Shown here: positions 56,063 to 64,000 of the stretch, one piece after another
Layout of the letters: every line of letters begins with the position of its first letter
Position numbering within the stretch: position 1 is the first letter of the stretch
Assembly: GCA_050943735.1 (NCBI GenBank)
Contig: JBMNPT010000003.1
Coordinates: 99,533-163,532, forward strand
DNA length: 64,000 nt
From: Eubacteriales bacterium
Lineage (GTDB): Bacteria > Bacillota > Clostridia > Oscillospirales > RGIG577
Direction: 5' to 3'
Position numbers and translations under genes: made by a program
Notes under the pieces: model-generated
The model's database searches: none
What the model was told of the DNA's origin: nothing
Seen by the model: only the letters and a program-made list of their open reading frames with translations

Positions 56063-58762
56063 TTACTGCTGTTGCTGTGCCCACCGCAGAACACCCTGGG
56101 CAATGGAAGCGGCCATCTGATTTTGCCCGCTGGTACTGGTGAGGAACTGGTAATCACTTTCGTTGGCAATGAACCCCGTTTCAATCAAAATAGCGGGGCA
56201 CTGGGTGATCCGGCAAAGTGCCAGCGCCTGTTCTGCGATTCCCCGGTCTTTCCGTCCCAGATCTTCAATCAGTTTGTCCTGGATCAGCTGCGCCACCGAC
56301 TTGGAGTGCTCCAGCGTGTACAGCGTCACAATGCCGTTGGCATCCCGGAAATTCCCCGTCCGCACCAAGTCGTTGACGTGAATGGAAATGGAGATGTCCG
56401 GGTCAGCTGCCCGTACCAACGCAGGCCGGTCTGCGGTTTCAATTCTCACATCAGTGGTTCGGGTCATCACCACAGTGGCGCCCATCTGTTCCAGCTGATC
56501 GCGCACCTTGAGGGCCAATGCCAGCGTAATGTCCTCTTCATTGGGCTGGCCGCTGATCAGGCTCACCGCCCCCGGATCACTGCCGCCATGGCCCGCATCT
56601 ACATAAACTACCATATTTTCCATGGGACGATCCCCGGAAGTCAGCTGAGGCGGAGATTTCAGAGAAAATACCATCTCTCCGTTTTCATAGGAAACCTTAT
56701 AGCCATAATAGTGATCCGCCTGGTGTAAGGTAAAGGTATACTGAGCCAAATGGTCGGAAACCTGTTGAAATTCCACCGACTGCACCAGCGTATTTTCCTC
56801 CAGAGAGGGCAGCGGCTTTCCCTGTACCTCAAAGAGATTCAATGTGACGGTTCCGCCGCTCACCTGTACGGTATAGGGCGCATTTTCCAGCATGGCAAAG
56901 CGCATTTCCAGAAAACGTCCCTGCTGAGAGGCCTTTGCGCTGCTCATTACATTGTCCGTCAAAGAATCCAATTCCACCGTTTTCACAGTCACCGAAGATT
57001 TGGGAACATAGATTCCGCTGCGCAGCTTATAAAAGCTGCCGCTCTCCGAAGCGATGACATCGGTGGCTCCCCGCACCAACGGCGTGCTGCGGGCATAGCT
57101 GGTGGAAGGTCCTGTGCGGGTCACCGCTTCATCCACCGCCACCGTGGCCACTCGCGCAGTGGTCACCGGTTTCTTCACTGTAATGGTATGGGGAGAAGTA
57201 ACAGAACTGTATTTTCCCATATATTTCGCATGGAAAACCGGCTGCCCCAAGGGTAATTCCACCCGGTTTACCAGAATTTCCGGCAGTGTGAAACTGCCGG
57301 TATATCCAGCCAATGTATTGCCGGTGTGATCCGCGTCTCCCGCTTCCTTTTCCAGCGGAATGGTGTAGGGCCCAAGCTCTACCCATACCTTTTCCGCACC
57401 GCCGGGCGCGTTGCAGGAGAACGTCACCAGCGTTCCGCTGTCCTGGGACAGATTCACCGCGGGCAGCAGAGAATCCTCTGCGATTCCCTCACCGGTCTGG
57501 CCGCTTCCGGGAATTTCCATTTCATCCAGTGGAACTTCCTCCACGTACAACTGGGTCAGCTGATCTTTGATGCCCAGCGTATTGGCGGCCAGTGCGCTAT
57601 AACCATAATACAGATCGCCTGATACACCGCCATAGGCCGCATTGCTCTGCAGCTGGCGGAGAATTTCCCCTCCATCCTGCCAGGGAGCTTTCATGCTGGA
57701 GTCTCCCATTTTATACACCGCATGACCAATGTACAGCGGCACATCTTCCTTTGCGCACAAATCCGACCACCAGCGCATAATGGTTTCATAATCCGAGGTG
57801 GAATGCCCGATCTCCCAGTAAATCTGAGGAGCAATGTAATCTACATAGCCCTTTTCCACCCAGCCTTTGGTATCGGCAAACTGGTGGAAATAGGTGGAAT
57901 AAGTGTTGGAAATGGCAATTCCGGACTGGGTCATCTGGGTACGGTTGGCCCACAGCGGAGAGGGACTCACGCCAAATACAGCGCCGTTGCCCTTGTCCTG
58001 TACCACCTGATGGACTTCCTTCATCAAAGTGTCCAGATTGTTGCGCCGCCAATCTCCCTTTTGGGTAAAACCACTTCCGTATTTCTGATAGGATTCATCG
58101 TCGGGAAAGCTGTACTGGGCATTGTTGGGATAAAAATAATCATCAAAATGAATTCCATCCACATCGTAATTGTCGAGAATTTCCGCAACACCATCCACGA
58201 TCAATTGCCGCACCTCCGGCTGACCAGGATCGTAATACAAAATGCCATCTCCAGCTGCTACCACATATTCCGGATGCTGACGGGCCGGATTGTCCTCCGA
58301 CAGACTGCCAATGTCCTGATTGGGGTTTGCAGTACTACCCACCGTCACCCGCAGCGGATTGATCCACGCATGCAGTTGAATTCCCGCAGCATGGGCCTGC
58401 TTTATAATATAGGCCAACGGATCAAAGCCATCGGCATTTTCCTTACCTTGTGTGCCCGTGAGCACCGAAGACCATGGGAAAATCTCAGAGGGGTACAAAG
58501 CGTCCCCCATGGGCCGCACCTGAAAGAAAATGGCATTGAGTCCCATCTCCTGTGCGTTTTTCACAATGGCATCCAGCTCCTGTTTTTGCTGCTGGGCTGA
58601 AAGACCCTGCTTGGACGGAAAATTGATATTGTATACGGTGGCAATCCAAGTTCCCCGCATTTCTTCTTCTTTTTCTGCGGCTGTGGCCTGTGGCGCAACC
58701 AATAGTGTGGCCATGACGGCTACAGCCAATAGAGTGCTGATCATTCGAAACAGTTTCTTCAT
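56063..58762 (-). CDS. secreted multidomain cell-wall hydrolase: N-terminal family-10-like glycosyl hydrolase (YngK/GHL10-type) + beta-rich middle + C-terminal N-acetylmuramoyl-L-alanine amidase (Amidase_3)
   Basis: Signal peptide MKKLFRMISTLLAVAVMATLLVAPQATA. GTWIATVYNINFPS...GLNAIFFQVRP is the GHL10-like part. VYVDAGHGGSDPGA...ILIETGFI is the Amidase_3 part. The ATG at 58762 follows AGGGGAAG. Confidence 0.8.
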   Translation of the reverse strand: MKKLFRMISTLLAVAVMATLLVAPQATAAEKEEEMRGTWIATVYNINFPSKQGLSAQQQKQELDAIVKNAQEMGLNAIFFQVRPMGDALYPSEIFPWSSVLTGTQGKENADGFDPLAYIIKQAHAAGIQLHAWINPLRVTVGSTANPNQDIGSLSEDNPARQHPEYVVAAGDGILYYDPGQPEVRQLIVDGVAEILDNYDVDGIHFDDYFYPNNAQYSFPDDESYQKYGSGFTQKGDWRRNNLDTLMKEVHQVVQDKGNGAVFGVSPSPLWANRTQMTQSGIAISNTYSTYFHQFADTKGWVEKGYVDYIAPQIYWEIGHSTSDYETIMRWWSDLCAKEDVPLYIGHAVYKMGDSSMKAPWQDGGEILRQLQSNAAYGGVSGDLYYGYSALAANTLGIKDQLTQLYVEEVPLDEMEIPGSGQTGEGIAEDSLLPAVNLSQDSGTLVTFSCNAPGGAEKVWVELGPYTIPLEKEAGDADHTGNTLAGYTGSFTLPEILVNRVELPLGQPVFHAKYMGKYSSVTSPHTITVKKPVTTARVATVAVDEAVTRTGPSTSYARSTPLVRGATDVIASESGSFYKLRSGIYVPKSSVTVKTVELDSLTDNVMSSAKASQQGRFLEMRFAMLENAPYTVQVSGGTVTLNLFEVQGKPLPSLEENTLVQSVEFQQVSDHLAQYTFTLHQADHYYGYKVSYENGEMVFSLKSPPQLTSGDRPMENMVVYVDAGHGGSDPGAVSLISGQPNEEDITLALALKVRDQLEQMGATVVMTRTTDVRIETADRPALVRAADPDISISIHVNDLVRTGNFRDANGIVTLYTLEHSKSVAQLIQDKLIEDLGRKDRGIAEQALALCRITQCPAILIETGFIANESDYQFLTSTSGQNQMAASIAQGVLRWAQQQQ

Positions 58763-58912
58763 GACTTCCCCTTTCCCTAAACGCCTGGCAGAAATCACTG
58801 CTCTGCCTTGTCTGATTTGGAGTTATTATAGCATTTTTACACCAAAAAAGATAGAACATTTTGTGAACAAATGCCGGTACATTCTGGGTATACCCCCATC
58901 TTCACAAAATGA

Positions 58913-58942
58913 TTGACTTTCCCGCTCCCCCTCCCGTATGAT
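58913..58942 (+). promoter_or_regulatory. promoter (TTGACT-N18-TATGAT)
   Basis: Hexamers at 58913-58918 and 58937-58942. The track ORF start at 58913 is the TTG of the -35 box. Confidence 0.45.
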
Positions 58943-58972
58943 GAAAGAAGAAAGCAAAGGAGGCGATTGGTC

Positions 58973-59338
58973 TTGTTTTTTATAGGAGGCGTAAGCCATC
59001 AGGAAAAAGAATTGGGGAAATACAACAATTTGATCTGCCCGGTCTGTGGAGCGTATACCATGCTTCATCTGTTCATGAGTTGTTCGGTACTGCATTTCTT
59101 TTTCATTCCTCTTTTTCGATTTGGCAGGCAATACTATGGAGTGAGTCAATGCTGTGGCTCCTCCTTTGCGTTGGCCCCGGACAAGGGACGGGCGCTGGAA
59201 AAAGGAGAGCTGGTGGAGCTGTCTCCCGATGATTTTCAGGTGCTGCATCGCGGACAGGCTCTACGCCGCTGCCAGACCTGTGGACGGGAGGCAGATCCCT
59301 CTTTTGCCTACTGTCCTTATTGTGGAAAACCATTGTGA
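58973..59338 (+). CDS. zinc-ribbon domain protein with one TM segment
   Basis: Contains CPVCG ... a TM segment ... CQTCGREADPSFAYCPYCG. I chose the TTG at 58973, 9 nt after AAGGAGG. Confidence 0.55.
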   Translation: MFFIGGVSHQEKELGKYNNLICPVCGAYTMLHLFMSCSVLHFFFIPLFRFGRQYYGVSQCCGSSFALAPDKGRALEKGELVELSPDDFQVLHRGQALRRCQTCGREADPSFAYCPYCGKPL

Positions 59339-59353
59339 AAGGAGAATCCTGCC

Positions 59354-59665
59354 ATGCTGTACAACCTTATGACCATGCCCTTGTGGAAATTCCTGCTATA
59401 CTTTTATGCGGTATGGAATCTGCTGGTATTTTTGCTCTATCTGTATGACAAAACCATCTCTAAAACAGGTTCGGTGCGTCTTCGAGTGGCCGAACAGACT
59501 CTGTTGCTTTCCGCATTTCTATTGGGTGGGACCGGCGCCTGTGTGGGAGTATTCGCCCTGCGGCACAAATCTCAGCACCGTTCTTTTGTAATTTGGGTAC
59601 CACTTTGCTGCATTGTTCAGCTCAGCTGTGTACTGTATATGGGATGGTATTTTCTCAGTCGTTGA
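59354..59665 (+). CDS. DUF1294 domain membrane protein
   Basis: Contains RVAEQTLLLSAFLLGGTGACVGVFALRHKSQHRSF, which resembles the DUF1294 pattern (GG..GA...FRHKT.K). Confidence 0.7.
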   Translation: MLYNLMTMPLWKFLLYFYAVWNLLVFLLYLYDKTISKTGSVRLRVAEQTLLLSAFLLGGTGACVGVFALRHKSQHRSFVIWVPLCCIVQLSCVLYMGWYFLSR

Positions 59666-59715
59666 TTTGCCCAAAATCCGCCTTTATTTTGTACTCGTAA
59701 GGGATAAAATAGGAA

Positions 59716-59744
59716 TTGACACCTGTATTCTGATGCATTATAAA
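59716..59744 (+). promoter_or_regulatory. promoter (TTGACA-N17-TATAAA) of the PTS gene
   Basis: Hexamers at 59716-59721 and 59739-59744. Confidence 0.5.
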
Positions 59745-59801
59745 AAAAGTAGATACCTGTTTTTATAACATCTTGGGGCATCGCGAAGGAGGGGATTTTT
59801 T

Positions 59802-61922
59802 ATGAAAGATCGAATTTTTGGTGTTTTGCAAAGGGTTGGGCGTTCCTTTATGCTGCCCATTGCCCTACTGCCGGTGGCAGGTCTGTTTCTAGGCATTGGC
59901 GGTTCGTTTACCAACGAGACCATGCTGGAAACCTATGGCCTTCTCAATCTGATGGGCCCTGGCACCGTAGCCAATGGAATTCTCACAGTGGTCAACGCAG
60001 CAGGTTCCATTGTCTTTAACAATTTGGCTTTGATTTTTGCCATGGGTGTGGCCATCGGTATGGCGAAAAAAGAAAAAGAAGTGGCCGCCCTCGCAGGAGC
60101 CATTGCCTTCTTCATCATGCACGCAGCCATTGGTGCCATGCTCACCGTATTTGGAGAACCCGATATGAGCGGCGCCACTGCCGAGGTCTGCGGCATCCAT
60201 TCTTTGCAAATGGGTGTTTTTGGCGGTATTCTTGTGGGCCTAGGTGTAGCTGCCCTGCACAATCGTTTTTACCGCATTGAACTGCCGCAAGTGCTCTCAT
60301 TTTTTGCGGGAACCCGATTTGTACCCATCATCTCTGCCATCGTTTATCTGTTTGTGGGCATTGCCATGTACTTTGTCTGGCCGTTGATTCAAAGCGGTAT
60401 CTATGCCATCGGCGGCGTGGTCATGGCCTCGGGCTATGTGGGTACCTGGATTTACGGCATTATGGAACGGGCTCTCATTCCTTTTGGTCTGCACCACGTG
60501 TTTTATCTGCCCTTCTGGCAGACTGCGGTAGGCGGCACTGCCATGGTGGGAGGTCAATTGGTGGAAGGCGCTCAGAATATTTTCTTTGCCGAACTGGCCA
60601 CTCCGGGAATTGAACACTTCTCGGTGGAAGCCACCCGGTTTATGTCAGGTAAATTCCCGCTGATGATTTTTGGTCTGCCTGGTGCTGCATTGGCCATGTA
60701 CCATTGCGCCAAACCGGAAAACCGTAAAGCGGTGGGCGGCTTGCTCCTGTCCGCTGCCATCACCTCCATGCTCACCGGTATCACCGAGCCGCTGGAATTC
60801 ACCTTCCTGTTTGTTGCAGTTCCTCTCTATGCCATTCACTGCGTTCTGGCTGGTGCTTCCTACATGCTGATGCACATGCTGGGGGTGGGTGTGGGCATGA
60901 CCTTCTCCGGTGGTATCATTGATATGGTTCTGTTTGGCGTCATGCAGAGCAACGCCAAAACCAGCTGGATATGGATTGTGGTAGTGGGCATCGTTTATTT
61001 CATCGTATATTACTTCCTGTTCCGCTGGATGATCCTGCACTTCAATTACGCCACTCCGGGACGGGAAAATGCGGAAAACAAATTGTATACTCGTCAGGAT
61101 TTCAACGAGAAAAACGCCGCTGCGCAAACAAGTGGAACAACCGCTTCCGACCCGCTCTCCGCCCAGATCACATTGGGATTGGGCGGCGTTGAAAATATCT
61201 CGGATGTAGATTGCTGTATCACCCGGCTGCGGATCACTGTAAACGATCCAGACAAAGTATCTGATACAGTTCTGGAGCAAACTGGAGCCAAAGGCGTAGT
61301 CCGTAAAGGAAATGGTGTACAAATCGTATATGGTCCTCGGGTGGCTGTGATCAAATCCAATTTGGAGGAATTTCTCTCCACCCCAGAAGCACACAATCTC
61401 ACGCCCGCAATGGCTGCTGCAGAAGCCACTCCCACACAGCAGGAAGAAACGCCGGCACCATCTGCTGAAGCACAAGGAGTCACCCTTCTCTCCCCCATCA
61501 CAGGACGAATTGTTCCTTTGGAGGAAGTGCAGGACGGTGTATTCTCTGATGGCATGATGGGACCTGGCGTGGCTATTGAACCCACTGTGGGAGAAGTATA
61601 TGCTCCCTGCGACTGTACAGTTTCACTGATCCCCGATACCCTGCATGCGGTAGGTTTGACTACGACGGACGGAAAGGAACTGCTCATTCACGTGGGAATC
61701 GACACCGTCAATCTCAAAGGAGAATGTTTCCAGGTGCTTGTCAAAGAAGGAGATCAGCTAAAAGCCGGAGATCTCATCACGCGTTTTGACATGGCTGGAA
61801 TTCAAGCTGCAGGATATCGCATTGTGACTCCTGTGGTGATTCCCGACGCACAAGATCTTCAAATTGTCCCAGAGCTGCATAGTTCGATCAAAACGGGAGA
61901 TATTCTGATGCAGATTCAATAA
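59802..61922 (+). CDS. PTS glucose/N-acetylglucosamine-family transporter, fused EIICBA
   Basis: 706 aa. The EIIC membrane domain carries GITEPLEF. EIIB carries the VDCCITRLRITV Cys motif. EIIA carries LLIHVGIDTVNLKGE. Confidence 0.88.
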   Translation: MKDRIFGVLQRVGRSFMLPIALLPVAGLFLGIGGSFTNETMLETYGLLNLMGPGTVANGILTVVNAAGSIVFNNLALIFAMGVAIGMAKKEKEVAALAGAIAFFIMHAAIGAMLTVFGEPDMSGATAEVCGIHSLQMGVFGGILVGLGVAALHNRFYRIELPQVLSFFAGTRFVPIISAIVYLFVGIAMYFVWPLIQSGIYAIGGVVMASGYVGTWIYGIMERALIPFGLHHVFYLPFWQTAVGGTAMVGGQLVEGAQNIFFAELATPGIEHFSVEATRFMSGKFPLMIFGLPGAALAMYHCAKPENRKAVGGLLLSAAITSMLTGITEPLEFTFLFVAVPLYAIHCVLAGASYMLMHMLGVGVGMTFSGGIIDMVLFGVMQSNAKTSWIWIVVVGIVYFIVYYFLFRWMILHFNYATPGRENAENKLYTRQDFNEKNAAAQTSGTTASDPLSAQITLGLGGVENISDVDCCITRLRITVNDPDKVSDTVLEQTGAKGVVRKGNGVQIVYGPRVAVIKSNLEEFLSTPEAHNLTPAMAAAEATPTQQEETPAPSAEAQGVTLLSPITGRIVPLEEVQDGVFSDGMMGPGVAIEPTVGEVYAPCDCTVSLIPDTLHAVGLTTTDGKELLIHVGIDTVNLKGECFQVLVKEGDQLKAGDLITRFDMAGIQAAGYRIVTPVVIPDAQDLQIVPELHSSIKTGDILMQIQ

Positions 61923-61926
61923 ATAC

Positions 61927-61962
61927 AAAAAAACAGCGGAAGCTAATGCTTCCGCTGTTTTT

Positions 61963-61964
<2 letters not shown>
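61927..61964. terminator. bidirectional terminator between the PTS gene and ligA
   Basis: aaacagcggaagc taat gcttccgctgttt, flanked by an A run and a T run. Confidence 0.75.
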
Positions 61965-63999
<2,035 letters not shown>

Positions 64000-64000
64000 G

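Noticed and set aside
53437-56184. N-terminal extensions in track ORFs: lon to 56184, lysA to 53027, the phosphatase from 7290, hisB from 27174, asd to 33815 and pyrK from 5741.
   Set aside because: The extensions overlap neighbouring genes or promoters and have no family similarity. Internal ATG or GTG codons with proper RBS spacing reproduce canonical N-termini.

Overview
This 64-kb chromosomal window comes from a roughly 50-55% GC, spore-forming Firmicute. The Clostridia-type gene order suggests an Oscillospiraceae/Ruminococcaceae-like organism, but the taxon is inference only. About 90% of the window is core housekeeping DNA, in this order. An activase/dehydratase-like pair abuts pyrC-pyrF. 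Next come a stand-alone MGS-like ORF and pyrK-pyrD. The conserved string rpsB-tsf-pyrH-frr-uppS-cdsA-dxr-rseP-ispG-polC follows. A complete his operon (hisZGDCBHAFIE) comes next, then asd-dapA-dapB on the minus strand, a spoIID-like gene, and queA. After an accessory island the order continues with tgt-yajC, the SCIFF peptide/maturase pair, spoIIM, and a Xer-type recombinase. The window ends with a HAD hydrolase, thiE, nfnAB-like genes, ydcF, lysA, engB, lon, a large wall hydrolase, a PTS EIICBA gene and ligA. I recognised no rRNA, tRNA or CRISPR array. Two things stand out. (1) A visibly AT-rich, about 4.7-kb mosaic island sits between queA and tgt. It holds fragments of an amidase, an IS4-type transposase, an SLH protein and a serine recombinase. 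It also holds a low-GC cassette (a disrupted secreted protein whose 281-aa 3' ORF shows an LRAT-like His..His..Cys pattern, plus a small membrane protein) and a promoter-equipped DUF4160 / small-ORF / HTH module. (2) A 48-codon six-Cys SCIFF precursor gene is missing from the ORF track and lies directly upstream of its radical-SAM maturase. This is a known family whose physiological role is unresolved. I found no convincing large novel system such as a defence system. All family calls are by-eye motif recognition, and no searches were run.
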